64,000 nt of DNA from Eledone cirrhosa (lineage: Eukaryota), in contig OZ024740.1 in the NCBI GenBank assembly GCA_964016885.1, positions 362,204,001 through 362,268,000 on the forward strand. Direction: 5' to 3'. The notes under the pieces are model-generated. The model was given only the letters and a program-made list of their open reading frames with translations. It was not told where the DNA came from and did no database searches. A program made the translations under genes and the position numbers. This document shows positions 20,879 to 34,281 of the stretch, one piece after another (position 1 is the stretch's first letter; each line of letters opens with the position of its first letter).

Positions 20879-20996
20879 ATCGCCGTGAAGCTATTCCTCG
20901 TTTTGTCCGCAAGCCACGTAATGTGCTTGCTGGTGAGGGACAAATTGCTAAGTTTGACTGTAAAGTTATTGCAGTTTCACCTCCTATTATTACATG
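20879..20996 (+). CDS. unc-22: Twitchin exon: first post-kinase Ig, N-half (DRREAIPRFVRKPRNVLAGEGQIAKFDCKVIAVSPPIITW)
   Basis: tttag| / |gtatgt, phase 1-2; I-set P-x-F...C...P...W pattern. Confidence 0.95.
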
Positions 20997-21394
20997 GTAT
21001 GTATCGCAATATATATCATGTGTGTTTTATCATAAATTATAATTTATATCTTTAAAAGAATTCATATTTTCTCCTCTACTTCCTTCCATATTCCTTTCCA
21101 TCACTCTTCTCATCCTTCTTCAACACATGACCCAAACATCTCATTCTATTTTTCTTCACAAATTTCATCACTGGCGCTATTCCCAATGTCCTCTGCTGTT
21201 TTCTTCTCTTTGAGCAATAAATATTTTCTTCAAATATAACTTATAATAATTGATAACAAATTTATTGTTTTACATTATATAAGATATATAGTGAAATAAG
21301 TTAAACATGATTTAAAGGACCTTCATAACTATTTTCATACACTTTTCACAGCTGATTTTGCTTTTTAAATAAATTTCAATAATTTCTATAACAG

Positions 21395-21567
21395 GGCAAA
21401 GGAAGACATTGTACTTACTCAGAGTGTAAAACACATGCAGAAGTATAATGGCAATGAATATGAACTGAAAATCAGCAGATTGAAGGTTGATGACAAGGGA
21501 GAATATGTTGTAAAAGCTGTAAATTCGTTTGGCCACCGAGAAGAAGTTGCTATTCTTAAAGTTGAAC
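21395..21567 (+). CDS. unc-22: Twitchin exon: first post-kinase Ig, C-half (AKEDIVLTQSVKHMQKYNGNEYELKISRLKVDDKGEYVVKAVNSFGHREEVAILKVE)
   Basis: acag| / |gtaagt, phase 2-1; D-x-G-x-Y and A-x-N-x-x-G motifs. Confidence 0.95.
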
Positions 21568-22659
21568 GTAAGTGCACTTTTAATTAAAATCTTGTTTTAA
21601 GTAGAAAACAAAAAAATTGCTTTTAATGTTTAAGTATGGCTAAGTGGTTGCGATTGTAAGGCTGTGAATTCGGTTTCCAGTGATGTCTTTCAGCAAGACA
21701 CCTTCTTTTACATTGATCACACCTGCTGAACTGGAAAAATAATTTTTACCTGTAATTCAAAGGGCCAGCCTTGTTACACAGTGTGTCATGCCAAATCTTC
21801 CTAAGAGCTACTTAAAAAGTACATGTACCTGTGGCATGCTCAGCCAGTTGCATGCCAATTTCCCTAGCAGGTTCTTCTGTTTTGTCAAACAACTGCGACA
21901 CTTGTTGTCGATACTAATGGGGGTTCAACAAAATATACGTATAGTTTCAAAAGTATACAGAAATTGTTTGGAATTTTATGATTTTTTTTTTTAAAGAATT
22001 TAATATCAAAATTAACTCTTTAATTGAGAAAGGGAAAGAGAGTAATGCTTGTGAAGGTTGGACCAAAACTAGAGCTTTAAGTAGCTAAGAAAACAAAACT
22101 ATCCTCCGAAATGAAGTCCCTTGCTCAATACACCATCTGATCTGGGAATTGATCTCATGACTTTATGATCATAAGTTCAACACTAACCACTAGGTTATGT
22201 AACTTCACTAATATTTAGTTTCTGTATAATATTCATATTTATTAGTTCATTTGCTGTATTCATTTTTACTTTGGTAACATAAAATTTTAATTCTAAAATA
22301 GTTCTAACAGTTTATTTAACCATTTTATTACCATTTTTCTGATGATAAACACTGCCAAAAATATTCAAATCATTTTGATTATAATCAAAAATGTTGAAGG
22401 ATTTAGTAATGTAAGTAACTTCTCATTATCAAATCAATATTTGGAACATAATGTAACAAAGGTTCTAACATATAGTTATGATGGAAGGGTTTTGATAAAT
22501 GTAACCACTTTAAAGTAAATAGCTTTGTATTGTAAAATCATGGGCAGATTCAGGTGATTTACTTTCAAAAGACTTAAAATATTTCATTTATTTTAAATGT
22601 AATAAAAATTTAAAAAAAAACTTACTAAGAACTAACTTTTCATTTGCTTATTATTTCAG

Positions 22660-22711
22660 CAATGAGAGATGTCAGCCGTCAACCATCAAGTCGTGAGAAT
22701 ACACCAAGGAG
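22660..22711 (+). CDS. unc-22: Twitchin 52-nt linker exon (PMRDVSRQPSSRENTPRR)
   Basis: tttcag| / |gtaatt; phase 1-2 is required to join the flanking exons in frame. Confidence 0.88.
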
Positions 22712-23462
22712 GTAATTTCAATTAGTATTTAAATATGTTTTGTTTTGTAATCTAATAACAATTATATTGAAATATAATTCTAGAAGAAGGATATAGCAAT
22801 GCAAATACAATATTAAATAATAAAAACGGATAACTTTGGAAATGTTTAATTTTTTTATTGAACCAACGGGTCCTCATTCCCCCCAGCACCAAACCAAAAC
22901 ACTTTCACTAGCAGCATTTAACAGTTGCAGAAGAAACAGTTCTGCAAGAGAATGGGTCATAAGTGGTGAATAGCGATACAACTACTAGATATGATAGTTA
23001 GTTGTGATACAAGCAGGCTCCTGCCAGACAAATAAGCAACCCTGGTGACACTGTTAGCTTCCCAAAAACTCTCACAACCCAGTGATGTTTCTAGTCTTCA
23101 AAGGTCTGAGAACAGTACCAAATTGGTAACTGGCATGAATGAAACCACCAAAACACTACAATATGGCCGGAAACAGTAAAGACATCCATACTGTATTATC
23201 CTTTGTGTAGATTAACAAGGGATGCATTCAGGCCTTAAGTAGAGAGGCCTATTTGAAAAATATATAGCAGTCTCCACCCAATGCAAGAACTGGCGATAGG
23301 TCTGCAAGCTGTCCTGGGAGGTGTGCAATGGAATCAGAAAGGTTATGTATCCCAAGACTCCAGAGAGTGTCCATAAGGGAGCAAACCATGACAATTGGTA
23401 ACTGAAACATTGAAAACTCCTGTGATGAAATCTTCATCCTATATTTTGTTTTATTTTAATAG

Positions 23463-23607
23463 GAAAGTACGTGTATCACAAGACAGAGCAGTTGAAAAAC
23501 CAAAGGATATTCCTCCTTCATTTACATTTGATCTTCGTGAAAGAATTATCCAGCTTGGCGTTGGATTTAAGCTTCTGTGTACTGTAGCAGCTTTACCACA
23601 TCCAAAG
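23463..23607 (+). CDS. unc-22: Twitchin exon: linker end and second Ig N-half (KVRVSQDRAVEKPKDIPPSFTFDLRERIIQLGVGFKLLCTVAALPHPK)
   Basis: aatag| / |gtaaat, phase 2-0; P-x-F-T-F-x-L-R-x-R-x-I-Q motif of twitchin C-terminal Ig. Confidence 0.95.
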
Positions 23608-23879
23608 GTAAATATTTCTTCTCTTATTTAAAATATGAGGCATGAATGTACGTTTGTATATCATCATTCTTTAACATCTGCAAGTGAGGCTACTGGCCTC
23701 CCAGACAGACTGGCCATATGCACAGGAGAGATTATCATGTCTTTTGACACAAACTGAATGGTCCCCACAACCCCTTGTTTGGCAACCTTTATATGGCTGG
23801 ATCCCCTTCCTGATACCAACCATTGTGTATTGTGTAGGTTGTATATATATATATTTATAACTGTTTCATTCAAAGAATG

Positions 23880-24281
23880 TATGAGCAAGGCATGGTCAGC
23901 CGACCAGACACTGCCCACAACAGGACAACCCGTCTAACCCATGCTAGCGTGGAAGAACGGACGTAAAACGGTGATGATGATGATGATGATGATATATATA
24001 TATATATATAAATGTCCCCATCCCCTCCCACTGCAAAGTGGTCATGGAGGTGTCATGACAAAAAAGCATCCATACCACACTGTAGGCACCACGGAAAAAA
24101 AGCACCCAGCACTCACTGTAAATGAGGTTGGTGTTAGGAACGGCATCCAGCTGTAGAAATCAAGCCAAAATCAGTTCCCGTATGAGCAAAACAAAGTCAC
24201 CCGTACTAACATTGTCCACAACAGAACAACTCGTCTAACCCATGCTAGCATGGAAGAATCGACGTAAAATGGTGATGATGA
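23880..24281 (+). mobile_element. Two tandem 3' fragments of a SINE/RTE-tail family ending in (GAT)n
   Basis: caacaggacaacccgtctaacccatgctagcgtggaagaacggacgtaaaacggtgatgatg, near-identical to 63840-63906 and similar to 59150-59230. Confidence 0.85.
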
Positions 24282-24588
24282 AATATACACATGCATAAAC
24301 ATTTTAATGGCAATTTCCCTGTTAATGCAGCATTTAGCTCAGCAAGCCCCATGATAAACTCCATATCCCTCATGGTTTCTTTGAAACAATGTTTTACAGA
24401 CAAAAGCCCTTCAAAAAATGGTTTCAGAGTAGAATCCAGCTTACCAGGCTATTCAAAACTCCAGTTGTATGTTATTCACATAATAGAATTTATTTATTAT
24501 TTCAACAATCAGCTCATAAGAATATACTACATTGTAATTCTAAGAATTAATATAACATAAAATACTGAAATTAAATACGTTTTTGCAG

Positions 24589-24769
24589 GTCACATGGATT
24601 AAAGATGGTAAAGAATTAAAGAATGATGATCATACTATGATTACTTATTCATATGGAATATGTTCATTAGAAGTACACACCGCCGAACTTTCCGACGCTG
24701 GTAAATACACATGTATTGCAGCAAATCCATTGGGAGAAATTCAGAGTTCATGCCGAGTGAATGTTGAAA
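24589..24769 (+). CDS. unc-22: Twitchin exon: second Ig C-half (VTWIKDGKELK...DAGKYTCIAANPLGEIQSSCRVNVE)
   Basis: ttgcag| / |gtaagt, phase 0-1; W-x-KDG and D-x-G-x-Y-x-C motifs. Confidence 0.96.
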
Positions 24770-25484
24770 GTAAGTATTTATTCATTTAATCATACTTAAC
24801 TTTAATAACTTTCAAGATAACTCAGAATAATCCATAAGCTCATAGCACAATCAAAGAAATCATATTAAAATCATCATAAAAGATACTTTTCTATTTTGAA
24901 ACATTTGTTTTAATTCTCTGAATCTGGCTCAACAAACATATGCTAGATTTAATTCAACATCTATTACAAATGTAGCTTAATTTTTTTGGCTTGAATTTTG
25001 CTAAAGATAACTTCAGGCCCATGATCATCATTCTACAACAAGTGCTCAAATTTAGATGATATCCAACATGCATTTGTAAGGTGCTGCCAAGTATTTTGCT
25101 TCTTCTGTATAATATGCTCAATCAGACACAAGGATCTTGTTTAACTAATGGTATATAATGGCACCAATCAATTTCAACTTTTCAAACAAAAGTCCAAGAG
25201 CAATGGGATGAGTCTAATGGGGACTGGTGGGATGAACAGTGAAAGTCTCTATGATCACTTCTCTATCCCTGGCAATAAAGTAATGATGGTAGACATTGCA
25301 ATGAACCGAAATAGCATTGGCATTCTAGTCTGACCTTCATGACTGTGCAGGCTTACTTAGGATCAGCATTGCTCATCTCAAATGAGAAAAGGCTTAGAAA
25401 ATGTAACCTAGTTTCTAGATATGTTTTGCTAAACTGTTACAAGATGTTATGAGTTAATACTTCAAAACTAATTTCTTTTAATAG

Positions 25485-25715
25485 ATCGCATGGGTGATAT
25501 AAGAGAAAAACCAAAGGGCTTAGATATATCTAAGCAGAAACAACGAGGAATTACTCGTGTTGCAAGACGTACCAAAAACCTTGATGATGTGCTTAATGCT
25601 ATGGATGAAAGTAGCAGCAGTCATACCTCAAGCACTACTACTACTAGTGAGGATGGAACAAGGACAACAACTAGAACTGTTCAGTCATCTTCTTCCAGCA
25701 GGACAACACATAAAA
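25485..25715 (+). CDS. unc-22: Twitchin exon: basic then Ser/Thr-rich unstructured linker (NRMGDIREKPKG...SSSSRTTHK)
   Basis: aatag| / |gtatgt, phase 1-1; open frame, higher GC than flanks. Confidence 0.88.
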
Positions 25716-27910
25716 GTATGTTAAGTGAAGATTAATTAACAAAATGTTCTTATATATGATGCAAAATACAAAATCTTGAAGAGAAAGATATTTAGAAATA
25801 CAATTAAGGTTTAAAGTTTTCCAGCTTGATGTTGGAAAAATTGACATAACTCTACTGGTCTATATTTCCTGACAATATTTTTTTAATATTAATGTTGATA
25901 TTTTAACAAAAAATAACAAAAGACATCATTTAATGATTTCTTTTGTATTTGCCAGACCTTTAGCACTTTATCAAAGTTAAGGATAACCATTAATTTAAAG
26001 AATAGTGAAATCCTAATAGTATATTTTCAAAGAAAACACTTACACACATACACACAGTTAAATGAAATTAGGTATTTGAATATCAATATCATTGTCTTAA
26101 TAAAAAAAATAAAACTATTTCAACATTTTCTGTTGAGATATTCTTGTAATAGAGTGCTACAAATGATAGTAGTATTCCTGCTACTAATAATGGTGTTTTA
26201 AATGGTACTAGCAACACCAGAGAAAACCTTTATTCATATATTTTAAAATAACAAATAAAAAATAAAAATAAAAAATGAGATTAAAATATTTTGCAATTCA
26301 ATTTAATAAATGATTAAGGCTGCCATTTCTAGAAAGTAAATGAAAAAAATTCTATATTTCTAAATGGTTTAATTTTTACATGAATTCATTAAATTTTCAA
26401 AATGAAAACCTATTTCATGCATATAGAGCAAGATATTGAATCTAATGTTTATGTAATTAGATTTATTATTATAAAAACATTTCTTATAAAACATTATATA
26501 ATATATTAACTGACCTTCTTTGATTGATATTAGACTATTATTTAATGTGTATAATTTTCAGCATGAAGAAAAATATGATTTATTTCTCTAGTAAAGATAG
26601 GTTTATTTTTAAAAAACTTAGTTTGCAAACAGCTTATAAAAATTGTGAATTCTAATAATAATTTGCCTTCTAGTCTGTTCAGCTGAAAATCTCAGAAAAA
26701 AAATGAAGAATTGAATAAAATAGAGAACTGACAAAATTTTTTTTCTTCTTTTGATTGATTTATATGAAAGAAGAAAAATATAACAAAATCTAAATGAAAT
26801 TCATTACCCTTCATTTCCCAACAATATTCCTACCTAGTAAATTTACCTTCAGCCTTTAAATTTATTTGCAATTAATATTTTTTAAAAATATAATATCTCA
26901 GTAAAAACACTGAAGAAATAATTAAGAATATTAAGAAAGATTCAGTTGATCAGTTGGATCAATTTTATGTATTAATTTAATTAATATTCTGAAAGATACT
27001 CAATTGACCTGTGCTATTAAAATTTGCTTAAATTTCAACAATTGTATCTTGTTTCGTAAATAAACTTTTTCATAAATTATTCATAGAACTTAATTTTTCA
27101 CTAAGAATTTTTCACTTAATCACCTTCAGTCTTTTTTATTTTTTTTTATTTTTGGTCTACGATTATTTTTATGTATCATCACAGTCATGAATTAAGAATT
27201 AATAAAACGAACTTTCATCTACTTAATAAATGATATCTCAGTAAGAAAACTAAGTTATTAATATATATCGTTGATTAAAATTGCATAAAAATATATATCT
27301 TTATTAAGAAATTATATTGCTACTATAAAAGGAAAGTTCCAAAAACGAATTATCTACTGTCCTAATCTAAAAATCAAGAAGTAGAATGAGTTTTCTAATT
27401 CATTCTACAATTACTTAACTTATATATTAGGAAACATTTAAGAATGCAATAAATTTCTTTAAATCATTGTAATAAAATTATTAACTCCAGCAAACCCTAA
27501 GCACATGTGTAGAGTATAGAACTAAGAAGAAACACCTGGAAATTATGCAAAAACTTTACTTGAGGAAGAAGCTTATTCAGGCATTAATTGAGTTAAATAC
27601 TATTTTCATACATATTTTTTACCAGGTTTGAAAATTTTAAGTATCAGGTTTAGCAATAAAACAAATGCACTTAGTTCCTACAGATAGTTCCTATTTAACC
27701 CTCCATGATAAGATTCAATTAAATAATGAAGAATTTCAAGAGATTTACTTAAATTATTGTTTTATTATTAAGATTGCAAATTACAAAAGGTTTTTATATA
27801 AAATCATGTTAGATAGTTTTAATTTAAATATGAACACTTTAAAATTAGTGGTTCTGTTTCATAGAACCAGAGCTGATTTTGTGTAAGCTAATATCAAACA
27901 TCTTACATTA

Positions 27911-28082
27911 TTTGATAGCAGTAGAGGGTCGGACGCCATGCTTTCCAGCATAGTTACGTCCCTTTACAATCTGAGTTCAAATCCCGCCGAGGTTGACTTT
28001 GCCTTTCATCCCTACGGGGTCGATAAAATAAAGTACCAGTAATGCACTGGGTAATTGCTGGCCTTGTGCCTAAAGTAGAAAC
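27911..28082 (+). mobile_element. tRNA-derived SINE family A copy (5'-truncated; TSD attatttga)
   Basis: gagttcaaatcccgccgaggttgactttgcctttcatcc...aataaagtaccag...gctggccttgtgcctaaagtagaaac. Confidence 0.9.
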
Positions 28083-30482
28083 AATTATTTGAGAAGTTAT
28101 TTAAATTCTTCTATCTGATATTTTATTATCATAAAACTGTTTTTTTTAAATTATCATTAGTACTAGGTTTTCAAACTAAAGTCCAAAATATACTTCTAAT
28201 TTCAAAGTGAAATTTCTTTTTTATCTGTTCAGTTTTTCAGGCATAATCTGTTTAATATAAAAGTTAACTAAACAAGTGTCATTACATTTGATAAACAGCT
28301 TTATTGCAAAATGATTTCAAGATTTGAAAGTTAGATAGCATATTTTACATTTAGAGTATGTGAATACATTGTGTGTTTGTGTTAATGTTAAGTATTGAAC
28401 AATTCAGTTTTTGTTAAAGAATTATTTATATTGAGAGAGTTAGGAAAAGAATGAGAGAAAGGAATGAATTATGATATTTAAACATTCTTTAACTTATTCT
28501 ATTTATCTTAAATGTGTTGCCAGCTACATAGTATTTGCATCTGTTTCATGTAGAATATGTAGAATAGAATTTATAACTAATAATTGTATACTGCATGAGT
28601 GGTATCGTATAGAAAATTATTTGCTTGCTTGAGTTGGTTATTCAATTGATCTCATTTGTGGTAGATTTGTTTAAATGTTTGGTAAATAGAATTGAATATT
28701 TAATGCTTTCATTACAGCATTTCTAATGGAATAAACTGCCTATGTGTTTCAATTAATTTTGAAAATAACCAAACATTTGAAGGAATTTAATAAAATAACT
28801 AATTTTTTTTTATTAGTAAGCTGATATTTAGAACATTAATAAAGACAAATTTCTAAAATTATTATGAAAGGATAAACATTCTGCAATGAGCAGTTTTGTA
28901 TAATAAATCTAGGCTAGTTTATGCCAGTTTAATATAAAAAAATTAAAAATCTATTTCACAAATTATTTTAGGTACTAAAATTGTCTATTAGAAAATCAGA
29001 AGTGAATAACTATATCAACTTATTGTTTGCAATAAATTATAATTGAATTAGAGAAATAATTATATGGCATTTTTTTGTAGTGTTTGAATGATTTTTGTTT
29101 AACTTTGATTCCTGCCGATATTTTTTCCAGAAGGCAATATTAGAAATAATAATTTTGTGCCTATTACTACTACTACTGCTACTACTATAAACGTTTTAAA
29201 GGCAGTCTCCCTGCTAAAGTAGAGTTTAGCCTTGTAGGCCCTATAACAAGTTCCATACTCGTCATGGAGTCCTTTGGAGGTAATGTTTTATAGCTGGATA
29301 ACCTTCTTGGCACCTTTTATGACATTCAAGGATATGGGGTACCCATTCTAAACCAGATACACATAGCAATTCATTTCATGTCAATAAATCAGACATTATT
29401 ATAGCTTCTTCTAATACACTTTAACTTCAGTTTTGAAAATAATTCTAAGACCTTTTAAAACCCAATAATTTATTTAGTTTGATATAGTATATTAATTTCA
29501 CTCCTAAAATAAATTTTCTGTTGTAATAAAGTGTTAGGGAAATATGAAATTTGAAAGTATGTTTTACTTTGCAAGGGAATAGAAAACAGTGGACAGATAA
29601 TGCAGGCATTATATATACACCTTTTTTTTTATTTCCAGGGGATATTCTTTAATTTATTCAATTATTTTATAGTTAAGGGAGAGGTTTAAATAAAATGTAT
29701 TTCTAAATACATTTCCATTTCATATCAATTATGCTACTTCACTCTTTAAGGAATTTTCATTATCAAAATTTTCTATTCTCTAAACGATATGCTATTTGAT
29801 CCTATTATCAAATAAGGAATGTTGAGCATTAGTCAGATCCTTGACAGAAATGAAGATTCCTCTCTGCCTTATGCTTATCAAATGTTATACATGGCATTCA
29901 GTATACTAGAGGACTACTAATGTGTTTCCACCTTAAAAAAGAATTATCCAATGAAGGGAAAGTATTCAGTACATGTTATTGAAGTTATTTTAAAACCAAA
30001 ATGAAAGCATATACATGGAAAACTCTAGGTAGCAATTGAGTGAACCACCAACTTTGGAAAGATAGGCATATCATTATCGTTTTTCATCATTATCATGTTT
30101 TTACCATTTTCCATATTGTTCTGGATTAAATGGATTTCATATCATTTTCCTACTTACTGAGGACTTTCTCATCTGGCCAATTACCAAGGGCTTTGTCATC
30201 TGGCCACTCAATGAGGTTTTTATCATCTCACACATACAGTAACAGAAAAAACCCAACAAACTTTGCTGTTGTATATGTTATTTTGCGAGGGGTTTAGGGA
30301 CATATTTTCTATGTATATATCACTATTAAGTGAGTACATTTTTATCCTGTGACCAGCACCAGAGGTGTTTCCTGCAGCAAGACTAAAGAGTCATCTCAGT
30401 TCTGTGTCAGATTTCATTCTGAGTTACTTTTTCCAAGACAACTTGGCTGTGCTGTGCTTTGCAGGGTACACTTATTTCTTTG

Positions 30483-30555
<73 letters not shown>

Positions 30556-33229
30556 ATAATCATTAAAATCCCAATGGAGGAGTCCCAACAATGTACCTAA
30601 ATATTTATTGTATACTACCCTGGTCTGTGGTCTTCTTGATCTCTGTATGGCAAACACTTCATTTATGTATATATATATATATATATATATATAATATGAG
30701 TGTGTATATGTAAATAATTGTTTATAAAAATGATATGCTTTGCATAAATATCTGACCAAAAATTGAATTACATTAAATATTGTATTTTCAAAACTAAATG
30801 AATGAATGCCCAAAACTCTCAACCTAATATTCTTCAAAATTAAAAAAATCCAACGAAATTCGATATAAAAAAGTTTATTTAGCCTTAGAAAAAAAGAATT
30901 TTTTTTTCATAATACAACCAATAACAGGTTTCTTTATTTATAATACTATTGATAAAGGGAAATCTTTAAGAAATGAGTATTCTTTTTTTCCTTTTAGTGG
31001 TTTACTTTATTTTAAATAGACAGTTTTATTTGTTCAGATTATATTAATATGAAAGGAAAAGAGCACATCATCAGATCAAACCAAGGAAACTATGCTTCCA
31101 TTGGTCTTTCCATTGCTGATATTATATGCTGTTCACAACACCTAAAAGAATGAAGGAGGATTTCAACTCAGAATTTATCAACCTTGAAAGGATGAAAGAC
31201 AAATTTAACTTCCACAGGAATTCAAGTCAAGGCACAGCATGCAATTATGGGGCATTTAATATGATATTCTAAAGATTTTTCCAATTCAGCATGTGTTCTT
31301 CAGCAAAAGGCTTTATTTCAAGCCAGATGTGACCAGCAGATAGTATCGGCAATGAAAACACCAATGAAACATTGTTTATTTTGACCAATGTGATTATTGG
31401 CTCCATATTAATAATCAAATACATTCTATGGAGAAAAGATAAAATGAATTTTATTTTAAGGAATATCTTCTACGTTAGTTATCTAAAATATCCAGCAGAT
31501 ATGAATCAGTAAAATGTGGCTTCTTCCCAAGTTTATTTGAAAACCCTTTTAATGTTTGCTTCTGCTTCATTTGTCTGAAATTGGAGCAAACCATAAAAAA
31601 GGGGTTTGATTGTCTAAAGAAGTGTCATATACTTGGCTACTTCAATACCACACAAATCTATGATGAGAGCAACCTATTTCAACTTCCACCTGAGGACAAT
31701 AGCACCTGGTAGGTGAATATGCAATATGCATGTTTGGCAGCATGAGCCACAGAAGTGTCAGTTCTGCTCTACTTGGAATGAAAGAGTTTTCAAATCAAAA
31801 ATGTTGTTGTGCAATATCTCTTAAAACATACATTATTTACGAACTCTTAATTTTTACCCTGTGTTTCCATTATTCTACCTTTCCTCTATATAACCTTGTG
31901 TGCAAAGTTTACCAATCCAAAGACCTACCCATTTTTTAAATGAATTTCTTTCAATTATCACTGACTTTGGGGTGCTTTTCATTGACAAGAATGTTTTAAT
32001 TTTCTTCATTCTGTTATTTAATTTCCAAATTAAAAGATCTGGAAGTATTTTTATAATCATTACCACTTTCCATTTTCATATTTTAAATAAAACATCCACT
32101 CTTTAAGTCCTGTACAGCCTGAAACCTCAAAGAACAGAACAACAGTATGATTACATTACATAAAATTTGCTTTGTTATACATATTAAATAAAATTCCAAA
32201 TCAGATAATGTTTTTAATAAAATTAGTATATTAAAATGAACAGGCTCAAGGGAAATCAAACAAATGCTGGAGTCTTAAATGATTCTGTTCTTATATTATA
32301 TATAATTTTCATTGTTGTTATACATTATTTTTTATTGTTATTTTTTTTTTTTTTTTTGTAAATTCAATTATTTAGATAAACATACTGCATTTTAGATTTT
32401 ATAATAGATTTATTTCCATGATATCAACTGAATAATCTTTAACTAGTAATATAATCAGTAATAAGAAAACCACAATATGGTTTTAAATAACAATTTGTAT
32501 CAAATACTAACTAGTTGCATTATTTTTCTTGTTTAAATTAAAAATTTTCTTTATTTAAATAGTATATCCATATTTTATATATTTCATTGTGAAAGCACAT
32601 GGCTTAGCAGTCAATATCTTTGTTTCATGATTGTGAGTTTGATAATTGGACAGACCTGCACATTATGTCCTTGAACAAGACATTTTATTTCACTCAACTG
32701 GAAGTTGTACCAATAATTTAAAGGACCAATCTCGTCACATTGAATCTCTCTGAGAGTTATGTGACGGGTACAAGTGTCTATTTAATTCTAGAAACAGGCT
32801 GTTCTGTTGCTTGAACAAATGGAACACTTACTGTTGGAATTGATGGATGTCAAACATTCTCAATACTTCTTTAAATAGTTTTCTAGTACTCAGATTTATT
32901 CTATTTCTTATATTTATTGTTTGCTTTTGAAGTTTAAATTAAAATCTAACTTGCTTTTAATTAACATTACATTTGGGGAATGGTGTGCCTTTTTTATATT
33001 TTTATTTTTCAAGTAGTGTTTTTCTGAAATTCAAAATATATTTGAACTACAAAAATAGAAGTATAATTGTTTTATTTTTTTATTTATTCATATATATACA
33101 CATTAAGGATATATATACTAACAAAAAATAAATATGTTTTTACTTCAAAAACAGAAAAAGCTATTAACTAAATTTGCAAAACAATTTCAAATAAGAATTT
33201 GAACTTCTAAATATGTATGTATATATATA

Positions 33230-33396
33230 TAATTCTATTAAGACCGAGTCAGTGATTTCCTGTGTGTTTCCAGGGTCATGGTTAGTCATGCATGATGAAT
33301 CTGTGAACACAGCTGAAACTCCAGAGCAACAAGACATTAACTCGACCTTAATAGAATTATGGCATTGAGTACACAGTCTTGTGACTATCAATTCTA

Positions 33397-33400
<4 letters not shown>
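33230..33400 (+). mobile_element. Penelope-like terminal remnant with inverted ends and a degenerate hammerhead-like core
   Basis: aattctattaagaccgagt / actcgaccttaatagaatt inverted pair; aTGATGA-atCTGTGaaCACAGct-GAAAC; cattgagtac motif shared with other TA-embedded ends. Confidence 0.55.
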
Positions 33401-33456
<56 letters not shown>

Positions 33457-33825
33457 AGATACACATTTCGTTAAATATACATTTGATTCATACTGCATCT
33501 CTTTTTATCATTTGTGTCCTAATGACTTTTTCTTTGTGGTGATGTTAAGTGGAAAAATAAAAGATAATGAAATATAAACCCCATCTATCTACTAATATAT
33601 AATAGTCATAAAATAATACCATCATTTACTTTAGGAATGGTCGTTTTTTATTGTTGATATATGTGTATTTTCTTTAGTAAAATGCAGTATCTTACATTGA
33701 TTTATTATTTTTCCAAATTTAAATTCATTGTGTGTTTGCATATAATTCAATTTTAATGTAAAATGTTTTTAAACTTAACGTGAATTATAAAACATTTAAG
33801 AAAATATATAATAAAAATATCTTAA

Positions 33826-34057
33826 CCCTTTTGTGACCATATTTCTAATAAAATAAACTCTATTTGAAATAATTAATGGAGATTTTTGAGGGATTTACAT
33901 CAATTTTTAATTATTCCATTAAGATAGTAACTAATCATATGAATCTTATATAGAATTAAGTTGGAAGATTTTAATTTAAATTAAAAAAAGCCTTTTAAAA
34001 TGAGTGGTTTTGTTTCCTAGAACCAGATCCACTTATAGCTGAGTGCTATCAAAAGGG
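33826..34057. mobile_element. piggyBac-like MITE
   Basis: TTAA|cccttttg ... caaaaggg|TTAA; related fragments near 59640-59794 and 61614-61845. Confidence 0.7.
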
Positions 34058-34150
34058 TTAATTTACAATGCTAATTTTTATGTATATGAAAAATACTTTA
34101 AAATTTGTTTAGATAAGTTTAAATAACTTTTGTTTTATTTTCCATTTCAG

Positions 34151-34281
34151 AAGAAATTGATAGACCAAACTTCATTAAATCTCTTCAATCACAATCTCTG
34201 AATGAAGGTGACAAGCTTATCCTAAAGTGCACTGTTGAATCAAGTGAAGAACCCGACATTGAATGGTCAATAAATGACCGG
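34151..34281 (+). CDS. unc-22: Twitchin exon: third Ig N-half (EIDRPNFIKSLQSQSLNEGDKLILKCTVESSEEPDIEWSINDR)
   Basis: tttcag| / |gtaaaa, phase 1-0; I-set motifs. Confidence 0.93.

Noticed and set aside
22900-23400. Short minus-strand ORFs in a GC-richer intronic block
   Set aside because: Interrupted by stops, no recognisable domain; probably old transposon debris
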